DNA of 63,800 nt, filler included, from Asterionella formosa (Eukaryota), in the NCBI GenBank assembly GCA_002256025.1. It is 14 parts of 14 records of this genome, joined end to end, with 100 filler letters (N's around TTAATTAATTAA, not from the genome) between each part and the next. Parts side by side here need not be neighbours in the genome. Positions count along the whole stretch, not along the records: positions 22,878 to 27,348 come from NKIB01013509.1; positions 27,449 to 31,919 come from NKIB01013510.1; positions 32,020 to 36,489 come from NKIB01013512.1; 11 more parts are not named here. One strand, 5' to 3'. The notes below the pieces were generated by a model. It worked only from the letters and a program-made list of their open reading frames with translations. It ran no database searches and had not been told where the DNA came from. Below, one piece after another: positions 24,124 through 35,084 of this stretch (position 1 is its first letter; each line of letters begins with the position of its first letter). A program made the position numbers and the translations under genes.

Positions 24124-26652
24124 TCATTTCCCACAATGGGTCAAATTGCGAAGTGCTCCATTACCATTTTCTTGAACATCAGCATTTGATGGGTGATTTC
24201 GCATAGAAGACTCAATAACGGCTAATTCACAAGCATTGGATATCTTCACTCTGTTGTTTTCATTCGAAGCCAAGTTCTGAAGTGCTGCACAACCATTTTC
24301 TTGCACAGTAGCATTGGAGGAATGAGTCTTCATTGCAGACAGAATCGTAGTGATACCTTCTGCTCCAGCAATCGTCACTCTGTTGTTTTCATTATTATAA
24401 GCCAAGGACATCAGTGCTCCACAACCTTTTTGTTGCACAGTAGCATTGGAGGAATAATTATTCATAGCAGACAGAATCAGAGGGATACCTCCTGCATCAG
24501 CAATGGCCACCTTGTTGTTTTCATTCTTCTCAGCCAAGTTCTGAAGTGCTCCACGACCATATTGTTGTACAGTAGCATTGGAGGAATGAGTTTTCATCGC
24601 AGACAGAATCATAGCGATACCTCCTGCTTCAGCAATTGTAACCTGGTTCTTGTCATTATTCGAAGCCAAGTTCTGAAGTGCTCCACAACCATTTTGTTGC
24701 ACATTAGCATTGGAGGAATGAGTCTTCATTGCAGAAAAAATCGTAATGATACCTCCTGCATCAGCAATGGCCACCTTGTTGTTGTTATTTTTCAAAGCCA
24801 AGTTCGCAAGTGCTCCACAACCATAGTATTGCACAGTAGCATTTGAGGAATGAGTCTTCATTGCAGACAGAATCGTAGTGATACCTCCTGCTTCAGCAAT
24901 TGTCACCCTGTTGTTTTCATTAACAGCCAAGTTCTTAAGTGCTCCACAACCATTTTCTTGCACAGTAGCATTTGAGGAATGAGTCTTCATTGCAGACAGA
25001 ATCGTAGTGATACCTCCTGCTTCAGCAATTGTCACCTGGTTGTTGACATTCAAAACCAAGTTCTGAAGTGCTCCACAACCTTTTTTTTGCACAGTAGCTT
25101 TTGAGGAATGAGTCTTCATTGCAGACAGAATCGTAGTGATACCTCCTGCTGCAGCTATTTGCTGGTCGTAGCTTGACATCCCAATTCTACTAGTACTGAA
25201 GGGAGCAGAAGACGTGATGTTACTAGGTGCTGGTGACGCGTCAAATTGATTTGAGATTGAAGGGCTGATTTCTATCTTGGCTTTTTTCAGTTCAGGCTGG
25301 AGATCAGGTGAAGCACCAGAGCTCAATAGCAGAATAGTAGGGTCATCCGTCATATCGGACATGGCAGGAAAGGGGTCCACACCTGAAGACTGAAATGATG
25401 TACCGGCATTTTGACCGTCGCGACTTGACTCCTTTTCTTGGCTTTTACGAATTGTTTCTCGAACGGGACCACATGCTGGACAGCGTGCATCTTTACATCG
25501 CCGATAATTACTAAGTACATATCGACTTCTCATGCAATAGTCAACAGTGCATTGTTGATCTTTACAGTGTGCAATGTGCTCCCATAGCGTTTTCATACTA
25601 GCACAGTGTGGAGTGACTGGACACTTTCCGGCTTCATATTGGCACATCGAGGCATGACGCAGCAACAACAACAACCGCTGTTGTTTGTTTCTAACATTCT
25701 GCAATTCAGTATCGATATTTCTACCCCCACTTACACTGCTACCCTGCAGACCGGTTTTCGTCACCCTGTTGTTTTCATTCACAGCCAAGTTCTGTAGTGC
25801 AAAACAACCATGTTCTTGCACAGTAGCATTGGAGGAATGAGTCTTCATTGCAGACAGAATCGTAGTGATACCTCCTGCATCAGCAATCGTCACCCTGTGG
25901 TTTTCATTTATAGCCAAGTTCCTGAGTGCTCCACAACCTTTTTCTTGCACAGTAGCATTGGAGGAATGAGTCTTCATTGCAGACAGAATTATAGTGATAC
26001 CTCCTGCATCAGCAATCTTCACCTGGTTGTCCTGATTCTCAGCCAAGTTCATAAGTGCTGCACTACCCAAGTATTGCACTTCAACATTGGAATGATATGT
26101 TTTCATCGCAGACAGAATTGTAGTGATTCCTCCGTAGTTAGCAATCTTTACCTGGTTGTCTTGATTCTCAGCCAAGATCCCAAGTACTCCATTACCCAAG
26201 TATTGCATTTCAACATTGGAGGAATGATTCTTCATTGCGGAAAGAATTGTAGTGATCCCTCCTTCATTAGCAATCGTCACCTTGTTGTCATTCATTGCAG
26301 CCAAGATGGCAAGTGCTCCACAACCATAGTGTTGCACATTAGCATTGGAGGAATGAGTCTTGGCCATCGCCTGTTCAGGTGGGCATGCTTCCAACACAAA
26401 AACGGTCAATTGCACCATTCGCAAAGCTAAAAACCCGTTGTGTTCCGCATTCAATGCCAGCGATTTTGTGCACGATTCAAGGAATATTTCACGATACGAT
26501 CCACCCAATGGGTCAATACGAAGCTTGTTGGTAACATACTGCTTCCTCTCATTTGGGTGGGTCAGCACAACCGAGAGAAGCATAAGTACCTCAACGCGGA
26601 CCACTTCTGAGCGAAAGTAGTGCACACCAAATTGCCCTGCTTTGGCGTCCAT
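24124..26652 (-). CDS. Armadillo-repeat protein (about 13 repeats of 43-44 aa) with an in-frame inserted TAZ zinc-finger segment
   Basis: Repeats read KTHSSNATVQxxGCGALxNLAxNxxNxVTIAxAGGITTILSAM. The insert at 25758-25159 contains QQRLLLLLRHASMC..CPVTPHC..LWEHIAHC...C...C..SRYVLSNY..C...CPAC. Confidence 0.9.
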   Translation of the reverse strand: MDAKAGQFGVHYFRSEVVRVEVLMLLSVVLTHPNERKQYVTNKLRIDPLGGSYREIFLESCTKSLALNAEHNGFLALRMVQLTVFVLEACPPEQAMAKTHSSNANVQHYGCGALAILAAMNDNKVTIANEGGITTILSAMKNHSSNVEMQYLGNGVLGILAENQDNQVKIANYGGITTILSAMKTYHSNVEVQYLGSAALMNLAENQDNQVKIADAGGITIILSAMKTHSSNATVQEKGCGALRNLAINENHRVTIADAGGITTILSAMKTHSSNATVQEHGCFALQNLAVNENNRVTKTGLQGSSVSGGRNIDTELQNVRNKQQRLLLLLRHASMCQYEAGKCPVTPHCASMKTLWEHIAHCKDQQCTVDYCMRSRYVLSNYRRCKDARCPACGPVRETIRKSQEKESSRDGQNAGTSFQSSGVDPFPAMSDMTDDPTILLLSSGASPDLQPELKKAKIEISPSISNQFDASPAPSNITSSAPFSTSRIGMSSYDQQIAAAGGITTILSAMKTHSSKATVQKKGCGALQNLVLNVNNQVTIAEAGGITTILSAMKTHSSNATVQENGCGALKNLAVNENNRVTIAEAGGITTILSAMKTHSSNATVQYYGCGALANLALKNNNNKVAIADAGGIITIFSAMKTHSSNANVQQNGCGALQNLASNNDKNQVTIAEAGGIAMILSAMKTHSSNATVQQYGRGALQNLAEKNENNKVAIADAGGIPLILSAMNNYSSNATVQQKGCGALMSLAYNNENNRVTIAGAEGITTILSAMKTHSSNATVQENGCAALQNLASNENNRVKISNACELAVIESSMRNHPSNADVQENGNGALRNLTHCGK

Positions 26653-27348
26653 GTTTGCTCATGTTGCAAGTGCACCACAAAACTCGGCAACTTCAAACAG
26701 TGAGCTACCTTTTGCAGCATTCAGAGTGTCCTCCACAGCCCGGACAAGCGATATTGCATGGAGATTTCTTGGAAGCGATGGAAGAATGGAGACAAGCAGG
26801 TGATAAATCTCATCGGAAAACAGCTGCATCGGCCTTGCTTGCACAAGTTCTCCAAGCAAGGAGCAAATGCTCTGCTTTCAAGCAAAATGCATTAGGACCG
26901 ACTCCATCATCCGGTACCCCCTTGACTGGCTCATCGTGCTTGCACATGGAAGCAAGAAACTCAATCAATTGGAGTTGATCTATTTACAACTTCACGGTGC
27001 AACGATGCGCCCAAGACAAGTTCAACAATGTTATTTTCAATTGCCCATCTTGCTAGTAAGTGCTCGAGAGTATTGTACTCTTCACCCTTTGGTACCTACC
27101 ATCAGACCTCGGCCCCGCAACTGTGGTTAGGGATCAATGCCGGCATTTCGGCATGTTACCCAACCACACGAGGGGGAGGTTGCAACTCCTTATCTTCCTT
27201 CGACTTGTACTGGTAATAATCAATGTCTCTATCCGTTCCCAGTTGCTCTTCGTCTGCCTCAGATAGAAACCACCATTTTTGCTGTGAGCGCATTGTACAA
27301 CGAAACAGTGTGAGGTCCTTTCTGGGAACACCGGGCATACCCGTCAGC
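26362..27348 (-). pseudogene. Fragment resembling the N-terminal region of USP9/24/34-family deubiquitinases, frameshifted and fused to the ARM array
   Basis: TLFRCTMRSQQKWWFLSEADEEQLGTDRDIDYY, GWVTCRNAGIDP, LARWAIENNIVELVLGASLHREVVNRS / LIEFLASM, continuing to LALRMVQLTVFVLEACPPEQAM. It contains stops and frameshifts. Confidence 0.5.
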
Positions 27349-27735
27349 NNNNNNNNNNNNNNNNNNNNNNNNNNNNNNNNNNNNNNNNNNNNTTAATTAA
27401 TTAANNNNNNNNNNNNNNNNNNNNNNNNNNNNNNNNNNNNNNNNNNNNCTGCTGCTACTATACCATCTCATTTGACCTGACCAAGCACCTATTGGGTACA
27501 AGTTCATGTTGAAGCGATTTTTTGGCTTTCGGTAGATTGTTATTGCGACTATGAACTTTTTGTACAGGAATACAGCAGCATGATGCCTTCCAAGGAGAAT
27601 TCTTCACGCTTATTCAAGGATTCTGATCAGTGCACCATTGCCCTGCCTTGACCTATTAAGAGAAAATGGACAGGACAGCTGGTATTATTAAGTATCAAGA
27701 AATGTAGCAGATTTTGTTTCCCAAGTATAAAAGGA

Positions 27736-30700
27736 AAAAGATATTTTGTCCCCCTGTTTTTGAAAAACCCTGAAACCCCTTTACATAATCTCTGATATTT
27801 TCACCCCACATAAATCTAATGGATCGAGTACCAAAGCTTTGGTGCAACACTGACAATGGTACCTCTCTTTTGGGACATTTGCTTTCCATGCTTCAATGAC
27901 TTAGAGCATCAATTTGCTTATCAATTCAAGTTCCCACCAGTGGCCACCCATTGTGTGAGTGCCATATCAGTGGGAGCCACACTCTTTTTTGTTTGCACTC
28001 AACTTCAGACCATAAAGCAACTGTACCAGGAATGATGGGTTCTTATTTTTTGAAGAAAAATTCCTGCAAGTCTCTTTGGACTGTTTATGTTGCTGTGCAA
28101 TTTCCGGTGTCTGAATATTTAAACGTGTCCCTATTAATGTATCCTCACAAAGTATTGAGGTCCATACAATGTACTTAACAATGTCGAAACTTTTGCGTCA
28201 GACTATTCACAGAGTATTGAGAAAGGTAGGGTATATTTGGCTTTTACAGCTGAATTCACATAAGTTTGTCACATGTTTTCCTAATTGGTGCAATACTTCT
28301 TTGAGTTATTAATTGTTGCTAAGGCTTGCCAAGAAGAAGTTGCAAGCAGAGAACAGCAATACAGCAATGGCCTATGTACTGAAGATCAAAACCTGACATG
28401 GTCTTGGCAATGCTATTATAGATCCCAGCTGCCTCAAGACAAACTACTTGATGCATGGGTTGAATATTGCTGGTTGATAGTCCACACTAGCAAGTGACTA
28501 AAGTTTTCATTTGAATTGAAACAATTTACTACATACAGGACACATAAAAATACATCAAGATAGCTGCATATGATGCATAGGTATTTTGAATCTTTCCAAC
28601 TAACAATACTTTGCAACATTGGAAGGGGTCAATAGCATAAAACATGTGCCGTTTGGGACAAAAAAACTCCGGTGTCATTCTCTTGAGATATGTTGTCATA
28701 GATTGATCCTGTTTTCAAGCAAGTGTAGGTTTCCAGCAACTATCTTGTCCTGTTATGTAAGCTTCACTTCTTATTGGGGAGAAAATCAGGCTCCTCTGTG
28801 TTTGCCCCCGCCAAGCTTCCTCTCAATCAATACTAGTAAAATGAAAACTGCAAATAGATGAAATGTGACTTCCAGTTTCTAATATTTTACATTGCACAAC
28901 TGAAACTTGAATCCATAAATGGGCATTCAACTTGTGCTTCTTACATTTTTGCAGTATAGACTGGCTGGTGGTCAATAGTAGGCCAAAGTGTCTGGCTTTT
29001 CATGAACATCTACAAAGTAGTGCTTTTGTTGAGTTTTGTGTCTTAACCCTCTCATGAACATCTACAAAGTAGTGCTTTTGTCAAGTTTTGTTTCTAAACC
29101 CAACTGCTGCCATCCATTGAACCATTCCAGATACATCAAAGAATATGCTCCTGTTGTCAAAAACGAGGAACAAGTACAATGTCAAAGGAAATCTGATGAG
29201 AAATGAAAATTACAAAACCAGAATCACCATGTTACTATACATAGACAGTCTCTTGCTTCTTTGTGCATATTGCCTGCTATGCTGCATTTCAATTCTAGAT
29301 GTATTATGTTCTCATTAGAGAGACGATGTTAGATAGAAGTAGATTGTACTGATCTCCTATAATGGATGTTGTTTAGCTATGATTGAGGTTGTAACACTGA
29401 TCAATGCTCCAGTGACAGACCGGAAATATTTGTGTTGTGTGATGAGCCATTTCGTTTTCATTTGATTTCTTTTCAAGCTCTTAACGGATTGCATATGAGC
29501 AAAATGTGCACTGTAGATGATGATTTATCAAAGACATATGATGAATTGAATGACAAATGAAGATTTTGTCAGAAGCAATCGTTCCTCTTGATATGGCTGG
29601 CTGTTTTGTCGTTGTTGCAAGAATCAGAGTGAGGACTGGCAAGGATGATGAGCCAAACCACATTACTTTAACTGGTACATTATCCTACCAAGTAATTTAA
29701 ATGAAGGAACCTAAAAGAAACAATACATATAATAATTAAATTTCCGTGGTCAAAAAGGTTACTATTTAAACTTCAAGGGCATTTAGCAAAATTATTAGAT
29801 GATACAACGAAAAATTATGATCAGATGATCATAATCCTAGTATGATGCATCATAGGAATATGATGATTTTTATTTGCAGTCATTCGCTTTTGCACTGAAA
29901 GGAGAAACCCTGTCCAAAGAGGACATAGTAGGTCTGTTGAAAAACCAATGATGCACAAGAAACTTGGTGGGTTTTGGTCGAGGCGTTGCAAGGGAGTACA
30001 GTGGCTTGACTTCAGTTTGAAATGACTTATTGTGTATGTTTCATCCCACTGCTATAAAAAAATTTCAAAGTGAATCTTGCCCTTGGTCTTCACAGCATTG
30101 TCATTTGGTTAAGAGAATCGACACTAGCATTAATGACACCTACTACCATGGTCTTGACAACCAATTGTCATGATGATTGATTGCATCATTTTGTAAACCA
30201 AGTTTGAAGTCATTCTCAAATTTTGTCCATAAATTAAGAGAAATTGCCTTTGCTAAAATAATTGGACTCAGTATTGTTGTCTTGACATTCTTGTGAGTCG
30301 CCATGCAAGAGCCACTTTTCCAATTTCAGTTCCTTTTGCAACCTTGTACTACTCCGATGGTTAAGTTTGCTTCTACCATTGTCCTTAGCAAGCAATAAAT
30401 AAACTGCCGGACACAGAGAAATAAAGTTTCCAAATGTTGACTTCTACTAATGGTTTTAGAAAAACATATGGGAGTAGCAGTAGGCAGCCTCCCATAAATC
30501 CATTCACTGAAGTTTGGGCACATACAAATGTATTGGTCACATTTGTCATCATCATAATACTGTTCCTGTTCATAATTGAATGATGATACCAGAGGCATGC
30601 TCCAATATTCTTCTGCCAGTCCTCATCAGCAGTCAAATCATCTCCTTCCTCTGTATCATCCCCAAAAGGTTCAGGCAGCTTTGCTTGGTTGAGGCCTCAG

Positions 30701-30844
30701 CCAGAGTCGATTTGAACACAATGATGTGATGTAGTATAGCAGCCATCACACTGGTGGTGTAATCCTGCTACTGAGGTGCTAATATTGGAGAAAATGTGAA
30801 GAGGTTTAAGGGTTTATCAAAACCAGGGGGACGAAATATCTTTT
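27736..30844 (-). mobile_element. Highly decayed DNA transposon bounded by ~51-bp inverted repeats; piggyBac-like
   Basis: 27736-27786 is the reverse complement of 30794-30844 with about 6 mismatches. Minus-strand relics are IVSWKDSK, YNSIAKTMSGFDL and SKCPKREVPLSV. Confidence 0.6.
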
Positions 30845-31259
30845 GCGTTAAAAAATGAAGAATTCCTTGTGATTTTGAGTGGACATTAATCCGTATAATA
30901 CAGAGTCCTGGGGGCCTCCCCTGCCTCCCCTAAGGTTGCTGCTCCATCCCCCCACCCCACCCTGCCGCCTAGTCCATTTTTTTCGTGATGGCACCAACGA
31001 ACACCCAATACTTTTCTAGACATTGTACTAGATACTGGTATATGACCATTTAGCTACGGTTTTGCGATTACTTTGCACGTATCTACACTAGCTACTACTG
31101 ATGCTTCTATTACATGTGTACGCATGTAATAGTACTAATGATTGTCAGTCCACAGCAGTGATTTGAGATGATCAAAGCATGAAAACTGCTGGCTCAAACG
31201 AAGTGCAGACTGTGTGGCGCTTGTTTTTATCTTACACAAAGGTCAGAATAACCATTTTT

Positions 31260-31418
31260 TAGAAAAAGTGTATCCAAGTGTATCTAACGGAGGGTGTATC
31301 TTCCAGAGAGGGTCCCTTACAAGGATTTCCAAATTTGGGGTGCTTCATTGAGAAAAGTGTATCGTATATTGAGGGTGTATCCTATAGGGAGTGTATCTTA
31401 CAGGGAGGTTCCACTGTA
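31260..31418 (-). mobile_element. Tc1/mariner-pogo-type MITE end
   Basis: Minus-strand terminus TA|CAGTGGAACCTCCCTGTAAGATACAC, with repeated subterminal AAAAGTGTATC / GAGGGTGTATC blocks. Confidence 0.5.
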
Positions 31419-33099
31419 TCTTTTAATTTTGCTATTTATGTTTTTAGACTACATACGGAGAAATCGGTTGTGAAGTTCTTGGTTTTTTCATATCATATCT
31501 ATATATACAAAAATGATTGAGGATCAAAAAAGGTCCAGTGTCTTGTACTCCCCTTTAAGTAAAACCAGTCGTGGCTGTGTCCATTGAGGGGTCCGATAGA
31601 ACAGGGTGTAAGGTAAACCCTTGTACCGAAATTCATCATGATGTCATTCCATAAAGTATATAGCTGTACCAACCGGTGTATGTTACAAGGATTTTCTTCA
31701 TTTGAGGAACGACCTTTCCTCGAGCAGAGAATCTGCTTCTATTTCCCCTGGCCATCATCACAAACAAGGCTGCTATACAGCCGACATCATTCATCACATA
31801 GGGGAGGCAGATAGAGAGATTTCAGTAGGAAAATGGGTTGTTGCGCCGACGACAAGGAAGCAGGTCACACAGGCATGCAGAGATTCATGAGGTACGCTAG
31901 CAGTAACCTTCTAGTGTCCNNNNNNNNNNNNNNNNNNNNNNNNNNNNNNNNNNNNNNNNNNNNTTAATTAATTAANNNNNNNNNNNNNNNNNNNNNNNNN
32001 NNNNNNNNNNNNNNNNNNNTATATACTCAGCAACGTAGATGCTAATAGGCATTGGATCGAAGTATCGTAGTGAAAGAATTTAGGGGACTGTTGGTAGATA
32101 GATTTTACTCTATTGGTATTGGTATTTCCGGACAACATAAAAGAGTACCGGTAGGTAAAGATTGGCTAGATTGCCAATCAATTGATATCTACTGATCATC
32201 ACGCTGGTGGTCATACACAGCTAGTCTGTATTTAGGCTATTATTACACAGATGCATGATTTCATGCTAATGTAGCTACATTATTTTTTTTCACTATTTTT
32301 CATTAGCTGTATATTGATTGTTTTCACTTCATTTCGGGTATATGTATATTAGACATATACACTCCTACCAATAATAGACTTGGTCCTTTATTTACTGTAA
32401 TATAGTGCTATAGTATGTGTACTCGTGGTGACTCAATATTAAGTACCAGGTACTCTAAATACATAAAATGGTCTATTCCCTCTTACACGTACCCTGGTAA
32501 CCAGTCGATAGGAGCAAATGGGCGCCGGTACTAGGTACTGGCACCTGGTACCAGAACCGGTATTGTCGCTAGCTTTGTGCACTGTACTCTAGTACTAGTA
32601 AAGTACTAGTGCTAGCTTTGACTACGGGTTTAACTGGGAGTTTAATTTTTTACGACTACATTCCCGGTATACCTATAGTAGTCCCGAAATTCTACCAAGG
32701 TAGCTAGTATTTTCTCGTAGGCCTCGGTAGGCTTCTACTGAGGACAGAAAATACCTCCAAGGTACCAATATTGGCAAATATTTACGTGGTCTAGCATGAG
32801 GTATGTCTGTACCAGCTCAAAATTCTACCTTGGAGAATTTTTGGTAGATTTTTTTTCCTCGTTTGGGAAGCATATTCTAGCTAACTCATCATAATAACGA
32901 GGTTAGGGTTAACAGTGATATTTTCCAGGGCGAAAATTCTTTCCATTGTATTGTTATCAACCATCATGCCTTGTGAATCAAGAATACCTCCTGTAGTAAA
33001 TAAGGGCGTACAATAATATAATAATAAAATCATCATGACAAGGACAAGAGTGATAAAATATATGGAATCCAACAAATCAAGAATCAATATTCTTAGTAG

Positions 33100-33705
33100 T
33101 GATTAGAAACCAAGACCCAAAACATGCGACATTTATTGACAAATGACTGGAGATGTTTACTTATTGACAAATGACTAGAGATGTTACTTATTGACAAGTG
33201 AATCAGATGCTCACTTATTGTCAAAAGAATATGCTTACTTATGCATTGTCAAAGTAAGCAAGATCATTTTCGACGAGATCAAGGAAAGTGTGAGAAGTCT
33301 TGTTCAGGATTACATGAGTAATCAGGCAAGAACAAGACCTAGATAGACTTTTAACAGAAAGCTCACAATATTACAAAGTGTAAAGTGAAAATACGTTTTC
33401 AGCTTTAGAGATCTTAAAAGTAAGATCTGTGATATTTCCACTAGACAATTTAACACCTTTTAAAACGAACCTACAGGTCTAGAGACATGGTTACGGCCGA
33501 TGAGAAATCAGGTGAGACTGTTCGCTTGATCAAGTTTGATGGAAGCGAAACTGCTTGGCATGAGTGGAGTATCAAGACTCTTCAGCTTGCGAAATCTAAA
33601 GGTTTTTGGCATGTTTATGCCAAAGACACGAAGCCAATCGACGATGATGCCTATTTGGTGTCTACTGATGATGACGAGAAGAAGAAGTACAAGTTGAATG
33701 ATTAG
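33100..33705 (+). mobile_element. Ty1/copia 5' LTR (about 33100-33455) and truncated gag start
   Basis: TG..AACA-bounded region with internal ~27-bp repeats (acttattgacaaatgact.gagatg), followed by MVTADEKSGETVRLIKFDGSETAWHEWSIKTLQLAKSKGF, which resembles a copia gag N-terminus. Confidence 0.65.
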
Positions 33706-34184
33706 CTGGTTATGGAGCAGGGGGTAGAACGCCACAACATGACGAAGTCCCAAGGATCATGAATGGGAAGAAAACTTTGCTGCATTCTGGTGGTACCATT
33801 GGACTTGGGAAACAGCGAGGAAGGTTGTATCCCGCCGTATCAAACGGTTTCGAATAAGAGGAGTTGGAACGAAGAGATGTGACAAGAACTGTTAGGACAC
33901 TTCTGTCCGACTTGGTCGATGGATGTCTCCCGCCTATTTGTGACTTCCTGCGCAACAAAACTTGCCACAACGACGAATCAAACGGTGTCGAATATGAGGA
34001 GTGGTTGGAGCGAAGAGACTTGTCATAAACATGACACTTCTGTCTGACTCGGTCGATGGAGCAAAAGAAACGACACCAGCGTCCGGTTATTTGCTAATGG
34101 CTGTACTTGATTAAAAACAAATAACCATTTTGTTAGTAACTATTTATGAGTAAAAAAAATTCTTACTTCCATCTTTCCCCATAG

Positions 34185-34382
34185 GAATCAAGCAAAAACG
34201 AAAGTAGTCCTGACGAGGAATACTGTGTCGTTGATCCGGAAAGTGGGGAACTCATTCGTCTCACAGTAGCCGAAAAGGAGCGTATCTTTCTGGACGCGCT
34301 TCAGTCCTACGATGCCACTGGAAGGCAAATGCTCAAGGATGACGAGTTTGACCTATTGAAGGAAGATTTGCAATGGAACGGA
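34185..34382 (+). pseudogene. PGRL1: Isolated exon fragment of PGR5-like protein 1 (PGRL1)
   Basis: After a pyrimidine-rich ..ccatag acceptor it reads EEYCVVDPESGELIRLTVAEKERIFLDALQSYDATGRQMLKDDEFDLLKEDLQWNG, matching the PGRL1 pattern E.E..FL.ALQS.Y..G...+...EFD.LKE+L.W.G. Confidence 0.75.
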
Positions 34383-34914
34383 TGTGAGCATATATATAGC
34401 TAAAACAAGGAAAGACGACACAACAATGAACGTGATGGCTGGTTGTTGAGGATACTGGTATGTGATATGCATCAATCCATCATGTCACAAATCATATTAT
34501 AGTGATGTACATATCAACGCATCCGTATACTTAGATCCTATCCACTGTATAATACTATCATATTAACTGTTGACTTTAACTGTATACATTAAACGACAAA
34601 CATATATATATAAATTATAATACTTTATGATTGCTTGATTTATTTTCTATGATGTCTTGGTAACACTTGCGTACATATTTTATCGTATTTTATTGTCATT
34701 GTACTTTTTTTACATGATCATATTTTGATCAAAATTATATCGTTTGACTCGTTTGACTCCGAGTCCTAACTACGTAGATGAGCTCACTTTAACATGATTA
34801 TAGTATATTTATAGTAGACTTTGTAGGGATTGAAAGTAGAGCGAGAACACGAGACAGGCGTTCACAGACAAACAGACAGACACATGAATCTACATCCTGA
34901 TAGGACAGTGATTC

Positions 34915-35082
34915 ATAACATAGATCAATTGCAGGAAAGTTGCAGTTTCGGGGTATATACATTCCATCTTTTACCATGACTTCAAGCAATGCGTTGGAGA
35001 GAAAGGTTTCAATGAGATTGCATTCCTTCAAAAGAAATCCCTCCCAAGTAACATTTGCATTGAGTGAGCAGCGACTGATCAC
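34915..35082 (-). pseudogene. Fragment resembling a Crinkler/RHS-type REase domain
   Basis: MYIPRNCNFPAID motif only. Confidence 0.35.
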
Positions 35083-35084
35083 AC

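Noticed and set aside
33395..33470. Self-priming hairpin at the second copia 5' LTR
   Set aside because: Only about 6 nt of complementarity (cgtttt/aaaacg), which is too weak.
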